Of a stretch of DNA of 54,488 nucleotides, positions 16,792 to 26,696 are shown piece by piece. The notes under the pieces are model-generated. The model worked only from the letters and a program-made list of their open reading frames with translations, had not been told where the DNA came from and made no database searches. The position numbers and the translations under genes are program-made. Position 1 is the stretch's first letter. Every line of letters starts with the position of its first letter. Source of the DNA: Candidatus Bathyarchaeota archaeon (GTDB lineage: Archaea; Thermoproteota; Bathyarchaeia; Bathyarchaeales; Bathyarchaeaceae); assembly GCA_050115935.1 (NCBI GenBank), contig JASFPO010000001.1:1-54488 (forward strand). Reading direction: 5' to 3'.

Positions 16792-16820
16792 CAGTTTTGG
16801 AACGACAATAAACTATTTCT
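16792..16820 (+). repeat. 29-bp direct repeat, copy 1 (CAGTTTTGGAACGACAATAAACTATTTCT)
   Basis: Exact match to 18047-18075, read directly. Confidence 0.95.
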
Positions 16821-16919
16821 TCGCACTCATTCAGGGAATTAGCGGTAAATTTTAAATCTCATTTCACTGAGTTTGACCGTAAATGGTGCGTGCTTCCAAC
16901 TCTTAGAAAGGTGAATAAT

Positions 16920-18020
16920 ATGGGTGAATTGCTGAACTTAGCTCAAGAGATTACACAATACTTAGTGAATAGAGTAGATGAAATTGATTTGGTTTACTTG
17001 TATGGAGGAGTAGCTCAGGGAAGAGAACACCCGCGCTCAGACATAGAAATGTCTGCAGTTTCCGAAAAGAAACAGGTCAGATGGGAATTCATCTTAGATG
17101 AGAGACCGATTTTTATATGGCCTCAAACTTGGAAGCAGTTAGAAACTGTTTCTGCCGGCAAAGAGGGCTGTTGGAGTATTGCTGCCGCATCTATTGTTCA
17201 TGCTAAGATACTTTGGAGTAAGTCCGACGAAGAAAGAGAGAAATTCCTAAAGATTCAAAGTGAATCGAACTTGGGTGCGAAATCTGCACTCAAGCGGTCT
17301 ATAAACTCGTTTGACGAGCTGTATGGCAAGTTATGGCGTGTTCAAAAGGCTATTGAAGCAGGGAGAAAGCTCGATACGACTTTTCTTGTCTGGGGTATAG
17401 CGAATGGGATTGTGAATGTTCTAGCTGCTCTGAACAACCGATTCTTATTGAACAATTGGGGTAAACAAATCCAAGAGCTTAAAACGTTCAGAAAAATGCC
17501 AAAGAACTTCATTGAGAGATATATAGCCTTGATTGAATCACAACCAAAAGAAGCTTTGCAGATTGCTTCTGACCTAGTTGATGATGTTAACGTGTTTCTG
17601 AAGGAATGGATATTGGAGAATCAAGTTGCATTTAAGGAAGCCTTGGAAGAAATCGTTACAGATTGGCCAACAGTATTAGAGTATCTTAATAAGGCTGTTT
17701 CTGCGACGGAACAGAGAGATATATCCGCAGGTCTATTTGCGTCATGTGACAACGCTGAGTTCAATCTTTGGGCTTTCACAACATTACGAAACATCAAATG
17801 GAACAAAAGCAGCTTTTTCTCAGCCACTGAAGAGATAAAGAAATTGCCAAGCGATATCGGGAATAATCTGTCTCTTTTACTGGAATCAAAAGATCTGTCA
17901 GAGATTCAGAAAGCAACTTATCAACTTGCAGAGCAACTACGAAGAGAGTTAGAAGAAGATTGGACATTGCCAGAAAGCTCCTCGCTTGAAGAAGCTTTAA
18001 GATTTTTGAAAGTCTATTAG
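16920..18020 (+). CDS. Pol-beta-superfamily nucleotidyltransferase with a long helical C-terminal domain
   Basis: LVYLYGGVAQGREHPRSDIEMSAV matches the G[GS]x9-13[DE]x[DE] NTase motif. About 250 aa of helical C-terminus (KNTase_C/HEPN-like by appearance). The ATG at 16920 follows AAAGGTGA. Confidence 0.7.
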   Translation: MGELLNLAQEITQYLVNRVDEIDLVYLYGGVAQGREHPRSDIEMSAVSEKKQVRWEFILDERPIFIWPQTWKQLETVSAGKEGCWSIAAASIVHAKILWSKSDEEREKFLKIQSESNLGAKSALKRSINSFDELYGKLWRVQKAIEAGRKLDTTFLVWGIANGIVNVLAALNNRFLLNNWGKQIQELKTFRKMPKNFIERYIALIESQPKEALQIASDLVDDVNVFLKEWILENQVAFKEALEEIVTDWPTVLEYLNKAVSATEQRDISAGLFASCDNAEFNLWAFTTLRNIKWNKSSFFSATEEIKKLPSDIGNNLSLLLESKDLSEIQKATYQLAEQLRRELEEDWTLPESSSLEEALRFLKVY

Positions 18021-18046
18021 AAGAGTGAATTATCCCCCCCGCATAT

Positions 18047-18075
18047 CAGTTTTGGAACGACAATAAACTATTTCT
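18047..18075 (+). repeat. 29-bp direct repeat, copy 2
   Basis: Exact match to 16792-16820. It ends 2 nt before the ATG at 18078. Confidence 0.95.
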
Positions 18076-18077
18076 GT

Positions 18078-18704
18078 ATGGTGAAAACATTAAAGCAATG
18101 CTTCAGCGTTAGGACGGGGTGTGGAGTGATGAGAGCTTTGAGTAGTAAGTTTGAGGCTGTGAAGGTCATAGAATCTCGTGTTATCTATAATAAACATGGC
18201 AGGCGTATTGTTGAGGATATTCTTCAGTTTGCAGACGGCTCAACACACGAATGGGTCTACTTTGCAGGGGCAGGGCCAACAACCAAAGTTGGTGCTGTGG
18301 CTGTAGCGGCTTTCACCCAAGATAACAAAATGATTCTTACAAAGCAGTACAGACATCCATTCCGCAAGATAATCCATGACATACCAGCAGGTGGAGCAAA
18401 GGGAGAACCGCCTGAACAAGCAGCCTTGAGAGAGTTAGAAGAAGAGACAGGCTACACAGCAAAAAAGCTTGAATGGATTGGAAGATTCACCTGGGCTCCA
18501 AGCTATATGGGTCCAGGAACGGTTGAAATATTCTTCACAAGGAGTTTAGAGCCGAAAGGGGACTTTAACTCAAACGAAATAGCGGACATTGAGCTGATGG
18601 ATTTCAACGAGGTCCTGCAAAAGGTATTGAGAGGAGAGTTTATCGACTCAGCATTGGTCATCGCAACGTTACTGGTTTCAGTCCAAGGACTTCTGTCGTA
18701 TTAA
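18078..18704 (+). CDS. NUDIX hydrolase (ADP-ribose pyrophosphatase-like)
   Basis: Nudix box GGAKGEPPEQAALRELEEETGY. The start could instead be the ATG at 18129. Confidence 0.85.
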   Translation: MVKTLKQCFSVRTGCGVMRALSSKFEAVKVIESRVIYNKHGRRIVEDILQFADGSTHEWVYFAGAGPTTKVGAVAVAAFTQDNKMILTKQYRHPFRKIIHDIPAGGAKGEPPEQAALRELEEETGYTAKKLEWIGRFTWAPSYMGPGTVEIFFTRSLEPKGDFNSNEIADIELMDFNEVLQKVLRGEFIDSALVIATLLVSVQGLLSY

Positions 18705-18713
18705 TATAGCCTT

Positions 18714-18723
18714 GCGCGCGCGC
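18714..18723. repeat. (GC)5 alternating run just after the NUDIX stop
   Basis: GCGCGCGCGC read directly; 10 nt downstream of the stop at 18702-18704. Confidence 0.9.
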
Positions 18724-18829
18724 ATCTAATTCTATGCATTATACAATTAGTGCTTATGCACCAAACTTATATCTTTGGCTTGAATCATGGCTGAGCGTCG
18801 GCAGAAGAAGAGCTTGAGGTTTTAGAGAA

Positions 18830-19075
18830 ATGAGCGAGGTTCCATGGCCGGCTACGGTTTTGTTTCTCGTTCCTTTTTTCATCGTTCTAGTTTCACTCTT
18901 TACGACTCTACCAGAGGAGTATAAGGTCGCAGCAATTCCGGTTGCAATCTTAGCGGGTATTGGTGGACTTGTTGTTTGGGCTCTTATAGCGGAGCGAGTG
19001 GGAAGATTCATGCGTTGGATTGGGTGGGCTATCTTCATTATTTGCTGGGCTACCGTGTGCGCACAATCTCTCTGA
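18830..19075 (+). CDS. Small three-helix membrane protein (hypothetical)
   Basis: 81 aa with three clear hydrophobic segments. The antisense 94-aa ORF looks less protein-like. Confidence 0.4.
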   Translation: MSEVPWPATVLFLVPFFIVLVSLFTTLPEEYKVAAIPVAILAGIGGLVVWALIAERVGRFMRWIGWAIFIICWATVCAQSL

Positions 19076-19234
19076 AACGCGGCTCTTTCTCGAAGAAAGT
19101 GCTAAATCGCTCTATCTTAGCAGTATGTTGTCACACACGATGCGTGACGACATGGCAAACAACCGCTATCGCTTGACAAAAAGTACTCTGCATCGTCTTG
19201 CCAACGCTTCTTCTACTCATCAGATTCTCTGCTG

Positions 19235-20098
19235 TCATTGTAGAAGAATGTTTTTTTTCTTGAGGATCTCATTGACTAGGGCTCCAAAATCTTCTGGCGC
19301 TAGTTCTCGTACTCGTTTGCTACTGTAGGGCAAGGAGTCAGCTACCTCTGTGACTTTTCCCTTTGCAGCTCCATACTTCAACAGGAAAGGTGTAATTGCG
19401 TTGCGCGCTTTTTTGTTTCGTTGAGTAAACATTGTTTGAACTAGTTCAAAAAAGGCTTGTTTATCTTGAACGATAAATGGTGGTGGCTTCGGTTCTAACC
19501 GAACAATGTAAGAGTCTACATCTGGCTGAGGATAGAACATGATGTTAGGCACGTAGTCCAGCAGTTCTATATCGGCTCGGTAATAGGTCGTAACCGTCAA
19601 TCTTCCGTATTCCCTGCTTCCAACAGGTGCAACAAGTCTTTCCGCGAATTCCTTTTGAAAGGTGAGAATGGCACAATCAAACTTTTTCTCTAGAAGCCAG
19701 AATAGAATAGGAGATGCAATGTAAAAGGGCGGGTTAGAAACAACTTTATCAAAAGACGGTATCGGCACTTTGAGAACATCGCCTTTGACCAAATTCACAT
19801 TTTCTAAGTCTTTGAGCTCTGTTCTTAGAGCTTCCATTAGTCGAGGGTCAACCTCAACAGCGATCACCTGCTTGCATTTTTCGGAAAGAAGCTTCGTCAG
19901 AAAACCTAATCCAGCGCCTATTTCCAGAACAACATCGTTCTTCTTAACTGTTGCATGAGAAACCATGAGCCTCAGTAAACCTTCGTCCGTCATGAAGCTT
20001 TGTCCTAGACGCTTCCTTGGCGAAATCTTGTGAGCATTTAGAAGGCGTCTGGTTTTCTTAAGCAAACTCATTATTTCCATCTGCTTTGCACGATACAT
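19235..20098 (-). CDS. rsmA: 16S rRNA (adenine1518/1519-N6)-dimethyltransferase KsgA/Dim1
   Basis: PRKRLGQSFM, VLEIGAGLGFLT, VVSNPPFYIASP motifs. Confidence 0.9.
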   Translation of the reverse strand: MYRAKQMEIMSLLKKTRRLLNAHKISPRKRLGQSFMTDEGLLRLMVSHATVKKNDVVLEIGAGLGFLTKLLSEKCKQVIAVEVDPRLMEALRTELKDLENVNLVKGDVLKVPIPSFDKVVSNPPFYIASPILFWLLEKKFDCAILTFQKEFAERLVAPVGSREYGRLTVTTYYRADIELLDYVPNIMFYPQPDVDSYIVRLEPKPPPFIVQDKQAFFELVQTMFTQRNKKARNAITPFLLKYGAAKGKVTEVADSLPYSSKRVRELAPEDFGALVNEILKKKNILLQ

Positions 20099-20152
20099 CT
20101 CGAAGCATGTGGCAATTGAAAGATCTATATGGATGTGTTCAAGAAAAACTTC

Positions 20153-20707
20153 TCATTGAGCCCGAGTGAACAATCGATATTTGCTTTCGCCTGCCAATTC
20201 CTCTAGAATTCTTTTCGCAATAAGTTTCGCTGGGTTTGGCATGTTGGCTCTTTGTTGTAAATCGTCAAAGTTTTTGAAGGAGTTTCTCTCTCTTTCGTTG
20301 ATTATCTGCCACATGTATTTCTTACCTATGCCGGGAATCAGTTCTAAGGCGTGCATTCTGGGAGTTATTGCTTGGGCTATATTGAAGAAGTTTATGAACC
20401 ACCTTTCTCGGTTAAGCACGATTTGTACGATAACTCCTGGCAGTTCCATCTTTGCCGTGGAGGTTAATTCCTCATAACCCACTCGTCCAAGAATGTAGGT
20501 GACTTTGTCTCTGGAGTCTTTTCCAACATATACGCGTTCGTAAGGCTTAATGAAAGTACCCTCCTTAGCAACAGCTTCCAGAAGAGTGAAAAACTCCTCT
20601 CCAATCACCTGCACTAGGGCTCCTGCTCGATAGCCTGGTCTAGCGGTAGGTCTACCATGCGGCAGGAAATCTAGCACATATGCGTATTCTTCGTATCTTT
20701 TTTCCAT
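20153..20707 (-). CDS. DUF655 family HhH nucleic-acid-binding protein
   Basis: EEYAYVLDFLPHGRP...ITPRMHALELIPGIGKK, and the conserved archaeal position next to ksgA. Confidence 0.75.
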   Translation of the reverse strand: MEKRYEEYAYVLDFLPHGRPTARPGYRAGALVQVIGEEFFTLLEAVAKEGTFIKPYERVYVGKDSRDKVTYILGRVGYEELTSTAKMELPGVIVQIVLNRERWFINFFNIAQAITPRMHALELIPGIGKKYMWQIINERERNSFKNFDDLQQRANMPNPAKLIAKRILEELAGESKYRLFTRAQ

Positions 20708-20768
20708 TCTTTCCTCGCCTAACGCTAACATCAAATAACAGTTTATCTTCTATTATTAGAAGACCCTT

Positions 20769-21107
20769 TTATTCTCTTTTCCTGTATTCGTCTAAAAGGT
20801 TTAATATCTCTTGCAGCTTGGAAGTTTCTACTATTTTGCGTCCACCAGCTAGAAAGACTCGAACTTCTTCGATGCTTTCAGGCATGCAATTTACCAGCTG
20901 TACTGCCTCTTCTTTTTTCAACTCAAATTTTTCCATAAGATTCTTCACAAGCATTTCGGCTTTTTCTGTGTCGATGCGAGAGAATTTTGAAGTATAATCC
21001 AGTGATCTTCTTTGAAGCTGATCAAGTTTTTCTTCGCCTAGTGACTCCAGTATTTTTTTGACTTGAACCACTGTCAAAATCTTTTCTTTCGAGGGTTTTG
21101 TGGACAT
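20769..21107 (-). CDS. rpoF: RNA polymerase subunit Rpo4 (F)
   Basis: 112 aa. ...QRRSLDYTSKFSRIDTEKAEMLVKNLMEKF.LKKEEAVQLVNCMPESIEEVRVFL is typical of Rpo4/Rpb4. It sits in the conserved eL21-Rpo4-DUF655-KsgA block. Confidence 0.8.
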   Translation of the reverse strand: MSTKPSKEKILTVVQVKKILESLGEEKLDQLQRRSLDYTSKFSRIDTEKAEMLVKNLMEKFELKKEEAVQLVNCMPESIEEVRVFLAGGRKIVETSKLQEILNLLDEYRKRE

Positions 21108-21113
21108 AGTTCC

Positions 21114-21410
21114 TTATCCCTCTTTGTGTGGTTCTAAATGCTCTGGGCGCACAATTATCTGTTTCGTCGCATCTCCTTGAGTTACATCCACCACGTAGGC
21201 TCGTCCTTTCATCTTTGCGATGACACCTATTCGCCCATGATATCTTCGGTGAGGCATGCCTTTGTGTATGCTTGGGTCAAGCTTTACAACAACCTTCTCG
21301 CCAGAAGTGTACTTGTGGAGAACTTTGCTTAGTCCGGTTTTCCCTCTTTCTCTAGGCTTTCTTCTCAGAAGCGCACGAGTCTTTGCGCGATAACCTTTAG
21401 ATTTTCTCAT
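21114..21410 (-). CDS. rpl21e: Ribosomal protein eL21
   Basis: MRKSKGYRAKTRALLRRKPRERG...HKGMPHRRYHGRIGV. Confidence 0.9.
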   Translation of the reverse strand: MRKSKGYRAKTRALLRRKPRERGKTGLSKVLHKYTSGEKVVVKLDPSIHKGMPHRRYHGRIGVIAKMKGRAYVVDVTQGDATKQIIVRPEHLEPHKEG

Positions 21411-22784
21411 CTAGGTCCTCTCTTCTTTTTTCACAATCACTTCTAGAACGTCCAATTCTAAGGGTTTGGCTTTCACATCTAGAATCTCCGCTACACTAGG
21501 ACTTGTTCGCCCTTCGTCTCCAGTTATTAATTCCTTTATATAGAGGCCTCCTTGACATTGGACACGCATTTCCATTTTCCTAGGCTTTAACCTCTTTATC
21601 TTTGCCTTATATATGTGCTTTTCTCGAAAGAGATCGGCTCTCCTGTGGAGCACACGTTTAGGGGTTTGTTGACGAATAACTGTGTTTGTAAGCGTCTTTG
21701 CCAGCTCAGTCAACCTTTTCTTCGACATAGATTTATCGAATTCCACAATAACCTTGTACAGCTTTTGTGCAGCCTCAGTTTTCTTTAGTTTTCTCACGGT
21801 ATCTTTTGTGGCCAACCGAAGCTTTGACACTTCAACTTTGCCTTTGGCTCTTTCATTAATGGTTTGCGCCAAGTTAAGAAGATCGAAGAATCTTTTCTTT
21901 GGTCTCTTTATTTCTATAACAAAAGGTCTGCCTTGTCCGAGCATTCTGGCGTCGATGTCTTCTCTTCCAGCTCCATGAAAGGCTATGGCTTCTCCTTCTG
22001 CGATTTTCAAGGTTGGTTCTCCAATGATTTCTTCAACCGATTCCTGATACATCTTGCCTGTTCCTTTGCATTGCTGGCAACCTTTTCCTCTGCACGTTGC
22101 ACACAGCCATCTAGATTGGGGTATGCCTCGGACGAGTTTTCGATATCTGCCAGCAATGAATAGCGGGTTAACTTGAAGGCGGACTTCTCCAGAGAAGGGC
22201 TTAACGAGAACGACAATTTCTGGCCGTTTGTAGTCAGCGGTTTTCTCATTTACCTTGGATATCTCTTTACCCATCTCTCGACTGAAATCGTTGCGCATGC
22301 TTTCGCCGTGTTTCACCTCTAATTCGGCTTTGAACTCGTCTTCTCTTTCTTCAACTTCTATTGGAAGCTCGATGCCTACAAGAAAGGATGAGAACTCGTG
22401 GTCATTCAGTTTCTTTAGGGCGGAGTGAACTAGTTCGGGGATGGCGTTGAATGCGCCTTCACAAAGGTAACATTGCTGTCTTCTGCTAGGTCTCTTTCCC
22501 AGTTTCTTTAGGATTTCAACTGCCATGTCGAGTGAGCCATTTGCTGCTAACGTTTTGAGAAGCGCAATCCCGGATTTCCGTTTGGAAAGGGCTAGCTGGT
22601 GTCCTTTCATTGTTAGGAGAAGTTTAAGAGTTGCACCTCTTTCTTGGTTGTCGAGTCCATAGCCAAGTAGGGCGAATTGTCTTCCTAGGCAGTGGTCGCA
22701 GAGGGGGTGCCTTTTCAACATTTTCTGTGCTTTTTCGAGGATTTCCAACAGATAATTGCTCCTTCTTCTCCTAGCAGAAGGCAT
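21411..22784 (-). CDS. pus10: tRNA pseudouridine(54/55) synthase Pus10
   Basis: N-terminal CDHCLGRQF Zn module, CYLCEG, CATCRGKGCQQCKGTG, a THUMP-like middle region and a C-terminal catalytic domain. 457 aa. Confidence 0.85.
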   Translation of the reverse strand: MPSARRRRSNYLLEILEKAQKMLKRHPLCDHCLGRQFALLGYGLDNQERGATLKLLLTMKGHQLALSKRKSGIALLKTLAANGSLDMAVEILKKLGKRPSRRQQCYLCEGAFNAIPELVHSALKKLNDHEFSSFLVGIELPIEVEEREDEFKAELEVKHGESMRNDFSREMGKEISKVNEKTADYKRPEIVVLVKPFSGEVRLQVNPLFIAGRYRKLVRGIPQSRWLCATCRGKGCQQCKGTGKMYQESVEEIIGEPTLKIAEGEAIAFHGAGREDIDARMLGQGRPFVIEIKRPKKRFFDLLNLAQTINERAKGKVEVSKLRLATKDTVRKLKKTEAAQKLYKVIVEFDKSMSKKRLTELAKTLTNTVIRQQTPKRVLHRRADLFREKHIYKAKIKRLKPRKMEMRVQCQGGLYIKELITGDEGRTSPSVAEILDVKAKPLELDVLEVIVKKEERT

Positions 22785-22806
22785 GGATTCGCGCTTGCGG
22801 CTGCCT

Positions 22807-24135
22807 TTATCTCATGGGCAGTTTCTTTCCGAAGATGGGTAGCGCCTTTTTCCTTCGCAGCGTTTTCATCATCTTCTTCATCATAGCATATTGCTTTAGC
22901 AGTTCTTTGACTTCTTTCTCTGCGGTGCCTGAGCCTCTTGCGACACGTTTTATTCTTGATGCGGTGAACATTTTTGGGTTGTCTCTCTCTTCTTGGGTCA
23001 TGGATTGAATAATGACTCGCCACTTCTTGAGGTAATCCTCGGCTAGGTCCATTTTTTCTTCTGGTATATTGTAGGTCAGACCAGGTATCATCTTTATAAT
23101 GCGTTTGAATGGTCCCATGCTTTTCATGGCTTCGAATTGTTCGTACATGTCTGTTAGGGTGAACTTCCCGGTTAAGAAATCTCGCATCTTTTTCTCAGGA
23201 ACTTCCACTTCAGCTTCACGAACTTTTTCGATTAGGCTTTGTAGGTCACCCATGCCGAGCAGCCGGCCAACGAAACGTTCTGGAACAAAGGGTTCGATGT
23301 TTCCGGTTTTTTCTCCTGTGCCGATGAACTTGATTGGTGCGCCTGTTGCTGCAACTGCTGAGAGGGCGCCGCCTCCTCGGGCTGAGCCGTCGAGTTTTGT
23401 GACAATTATTGAGCCAATTGGGGTGGCTTCGTTGAAAGCTTTGGCTTGGATTGCGGCTTGTTGGCCTATGGTGCCGTCTATTACGAGGACTACTTCGTTT
23501 GGTTTGATCTCTCTTTCCAGAGTTTTCATTTCGTGAATTAGGCTTTTCTCTTCTTTGTGGCGTCCTGCGGTGTCAATTATGACAACCTCTTTGTCTGCGA
23601 ACTGTTTCAGCCCACTTTTCGCGATTTTTGTTGGATTCTTTTGTTTTGGTTCGCCGTATAGTGGAACGTTTATGCTTTGGGCTAGCTGTTGTAGTTGTGC
23701 GTAGGCGCCTGGTCGATAGGTGTCGGCGCATACGATCGCTGTTTGCAGTCCTCTTTTTTGGAAGTAGCGTGCGAGTTTGGCGGCGGCTGTTGTTTTTCCT
23801 GATCCTTGGATTCCAACAAGCATGAGCATGTTTCTTTTGCCAGGTTCAATTTTCATAGGTATTGGCTTCTCGCCTAGGAAGCGAGTTAGTTCCTCGTAGA
23901 CTACTTTGATTACGTGTTCACGTCTGGAAATGCCGGGAGGAACTTTGATTTTAAGTGACTTTTCTTCGATCCGTTTTGATGTTTCAAGAACAAGTTGGAC
24001 GTTTACGTCTGCTTGAAGCAAGGCTCGTTGCAAGTCTCGTGTGAGTTCTTTCACTACTGCTTCATCGACTACTGGGGCTCGGAAAACTTTTCTTAGGGCA
24101 TCATATAATGAAGAGCCTAAATGTTCGAGGGCCAT
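22807..24135 (-). CDS. srp54: Signal recognition particle protein SRP54
   Basis: MALEHLGSSL start, GIQGSGKTTAAAKLA P-loop, DTAGRH, TKLDG, and a Met-rich M domain. Confidence 0.93.
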   Translation of the reverse strand: MALEHLGSSLYDALRKVFRAPVVDEAVVKELTRDLQRALLQADVNVQLVLETSKRIEEKSLKIKVPPGISRREHVIKVVYEELTRFLGEKPIPMKIEPGKRNMLMLVGIQGSGKTTAAAKLARYFQKRGLQTAIVCADTYRPGAYAQLQQLAQSINVPLYGEPKQKNPTKIAKSGLKQFADKEVVIIDTAGRHKEEKSLIHEMKTLEREIKPNEVVLVIDGTIGQQAAIQAKAFNEATPIGSIIVTKLDGSARGGGALSAVAATGAPIKFIGTGEKTGNIEPFVPERFVGRLLGMGDLQSLIEKVREAEVEVPEKKMRDFLTGKFTLTDMYEQFEAMKSMGPFKRIIKMIPGLTYNIPEEKMDLAEDYLKKWRVIIQSMTQEERDNPKMFTASRIKRVARGSGTAEKEVKELLKQYAMMKKMMKTLRRKKALPIFGKKLPMR

Positions 24136-24255
24136 GGCTTTCTCTTCAACCATAGACTTGCCGCGCACTTAAATAGGTATTGTGTACAAAATAGCACGGC
24201 AACCATTATGTCCATGTATTGAGGAAATGTTAAATGCCCTTACGTCTCATTCTTC

Positions 24256-24786
24256 ATGAGGAGCTTTCGAGTGAAATATGTGGTTATCCCACAGATTTGT
24301 ACCGTAATGACTTTCGGAGCTTCGATATTTCTGTGGTTTTTTCTGCCTACGGTAGCGATCACTAGGTCGATGGAGGGAATGCCGCTCTACGCAATCCATC
24401 CTCTATTCACAATAGCATTCTTATTGTCACTATCCACCGTGACAGTTTGGTTCATCACGTTTGGGTTCTTTCTACATAACACGCGCAAACAAACGCTGGT
24501 CTTAGAAGAAATCATGGATAAGAATTTTCTTGAAGTCTTCTTGGTGGTCTCTACTATAGTTGTTGCTCTATCTGGGTGTATAGCGTTCTCTGAAAGAATT
24601 CATCTTGAAACTTTCAGCGCTGACAGACAGGGTCTTCGTCCACCTCTTCCTGGTCTCCGGCCACCTAATCCTTTTTCACTTCTTTATGGTATCGGCATTC
24701 TTCTTTGCGAACCTGTATGGATAATCATGATCCTATCGAAATTCTTACGCACACTCAGGGTGTGTGTGCAGATGGAAAAAACTTAA
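24256..24786 (+). CDS. Hypothetical polytopic membrane protein
   Basis: Four or five hydrophobic helices. Contains GLRPPLPGLRPPNP. No recognisable family. Confidence 0.4.
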   Translation: MRSFRVKYVVIPQICTVMTFGASIFLWFFLPTVAITRSMEGMPLYAIHPLFTIAFLLSLSTVTVWFITFGFFLHNTRKQTLVLEEIMDKNFLEVFLVVSTIVVALSGCIAFSERIHLETFSADRQGLRPPLPGLRPPNPFSLLYGIGILLCEPVWIIMILSKFLRTLRVCVQMEKT

Positions 24787-24931
24787 CTTCATTCGATTTA
24801 TTTCCCTTCACAAATGATAGTTCGAGTTGCTCGCATTGCGATAAAGACCAGACGAGTCTAGGCGTTTTGGGTTGTTTTACCACAACTTTTTTGTTAAGCT
24901 TCAGGCACCTCTTAGCTCTAGAGGGACTGTT

Positions 24932-25675
24932 ATGGCTGAAATCGTCAATATTGTGGAAAAAAAGATTGTTCCTTCTAACGCCATAATGCTCAACGGCTTA
25001 CCCGATGTTGGACTTGTAGGTCTAATAGCTACATCACACATGATATCCGAACTCAAACTAACCGAACTAGCCCACGTGGACTCCGACCGTCTTCCACCCA
25101 TAGTTGTGTTACATGACGGCCTACCTTATCCACCAATCAGAATCTTCGGAAACACCAACTTTGTTGCTTCTCTTTCGGAAACAGCCATACCTGCAGACGT
25201 AGTCCAGCCCTTCGCGCGAAAACTTGTAGAATGGGCACAATCAAAAAACGTCAAGCTGATGGTTGCAATGGGAGGTTTACCTGTTCAAAACCGTCAGGAT
25301 ATCAAAGAGCCAAGGGTCTTCGGTGCCGCTTCCAACAACTCGCTTCTTAACCTGCTAAGCGAAAAGAACATAGGGATACTTAAGAGCGGCTACATGGTTG
25401 GACCCTACGCGCTTCTAATGCGCTACTGTGCGGAAAAGAATGTTCCAGCGATTGCCTTGATGGCGGAGTCATTTTACAAATATCCAGATCCCGAAGCCGC
25501 AGCCGTCACCATAAGAGAATTCAGCAAAGTCAGCGGATTGAAGATTGATCTATCAAAGCTCAAAGACAAAGGCGAAGAGATACGGTTGAGAGCAAGAGAT
25601 GTCATGAAACGCACTGAACGGGAGCTGGGCCGCATGAAAAAGACTCAGGAATACGACCTTCCCTTATACATTTGA
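24932..25675 (+). CDS. PAC2-family proteasome assembly chaperone (paralog 1)
   Basis: LNGLPDVGLVGLIATSHMISEL...MVAMGGLP pattern of the archaeal PAC2/DUF75 family. Confidence 0.75.
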   Translation: MAEIVNIVEKKIVPSNAIMLNGLPDVGLVGLIATSHMISELKLTELAHVDSDRLPPIVVLHDGLPYPPIRIFGNTNFVASLSETAIPADVVQPFARKLVEWAQSKNVKLMVAMGGLPVQNRQDIKEPRVFGAASNNSLLNLLSEKNIGILKSGYMVGPYALLMRYCAEKNVPAIALMAESFYKYPDPEAAAVTIREFSKVSGLKIDLSKLKDKGEEIRLRARDVMKRTERELGRMKKTQEYDLPLYI

Positions 25676-25690
25676 GGAGGATATAGCGTC

Positions 25691-26140
25691 ATGCAGGAAA
25701 AACGAAGAAAACGTTCAATCTCTGACATGATAAGAGACTACATAGAAGACATCCAAGATCTGGCAGAAGAACTCTTGGAACCAATATTCGCAGAACGCCC
25801 AAGCTGGGACGCTAGATCGTGTTGCCTTGAACCCCTCTGCAGTGTTTCAGTGACACCAGATGAAGTGATTGTTACGTCTGATCTGCCAAACATAGACCCC
25901 GATGCCATAGAGGTGACACCAATAAACGCAGATACTCTAGAGATAAAGGCGAAGATGAAACGCAAAATCCGTTTCGATGAGCTGGGCATAACCCACCGGA
26001 AAGGTGAGTTCCAGTTTTTCCGATGTCAAATAGACATGCCAGTGCCCGTTAACATGGACCAAATAAAAGCAGAGTTCAAGGGCGGAATATTAGAGATTCA
26101 CTTACCACGAAAGAAAGGCCACAGAGAAAAGGACCTGTAA
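25691..26140 (+). CDS. Hsp20/alpha-crystallin small heat-shock protein
   Basis: Alpha-crystallin domain ending in AEFKGGILEIHLPRKK. Confidence 0.85.
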   Translation: MQEKRRKRSISDMIRDYIEDIQDLAEELLEPIFAERPSWDARSCCLEPLCSVSVTPDEVIVTSDLPNIDPDAIEVTPINADTLEIKAKMKRKIRFDELGITHRKGEFQFFRCQIDMPVPVNMDQIKAEFKGGILEIHLPRKKGHREKDL

Positions 26141-26667
26141 CTCTCAGGTGGACAAAGATACAGTCTTCTCAAACTTCCAAAACGAAGTAGCTAGCACGCA
26201 TCGATCAACACGGTTTCCTTCACAAATACGCGTGAAAGCTTCCAAAACCATGTATCGGCAAACAACCGCAAACCAGCCACAGCGGGTACTGCGTGCTCCT
26301 GCCAAACCAGACCGTGGCTTACCTAGAGAGCCTTTTACCACTTTTGAGTTGGATTTTGGGTTCTGAAGGTTCAATAGGTAGACTGGCGCTTTTTCTCCAC
26401 AATCTCTGTGCACCATCTCCTGTTTAGCTTCATTCGAAAGTTTGAAACTAGTGCCTTCAACATCGGCAGCAAATTGTCTGCCTCTGCTATGTCTTTGTGG
26501 TTTTCGATGGGCAAATACAACGCCAAGATTTCCTCTGGGATCAGAACTCTATGGAACTCCATGAATAGGGAGCTGGCGCGTTCAGGAGTACGTCAAACAG
26601 GATATCAATATGATAGAATTCGTCGAGAGAATGTGTTTGATCCTCTATCGGTCTCAACGCTAAGCGT

Positions 26668-26676
26668 GCGCGCGCG
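26668..26676. repeat. Alternating GC run (GCGCGCGCG) after the ATP-grasp operon stop
   Basis: Read directly; 21 nt downstream of the stop at 26697-26699 (minus strand), followed by a T run on the plus strand. Confidence 0.9.
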
Positions 26677-26696
26677 TTTTCTAATCTATATTAGTA

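Noticed and set aside
23099-23536. Long antisense ORFs inside srp54, ppsA, the MCM gene, tldD/pmbA and others (for example 23099..23536, 8199..8441, 34665..34943, 50397..50765).
   Set aside because: Each lies opposite a strongly supported gene and has the skewed Ser/Arg/Leu composition typical of antisense frames.
26141-26696. A 555-bp stretch between hsp20 and the ATP-grasp operon holds only short overlapping ORFs (63 aa and 90 aa on minus, 72 aa and 116 aa on plus). I considered a second precursor peptide or a decayed gene.
   Set aside because: None has a recognisable motif, a PFxxF-type element or a convincing start context. The two minus-strand ORFs are in different frames. I treat the stretch as non-coding or possibly degraded. 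It is worth including if the operon is analysed by comparative genomics.
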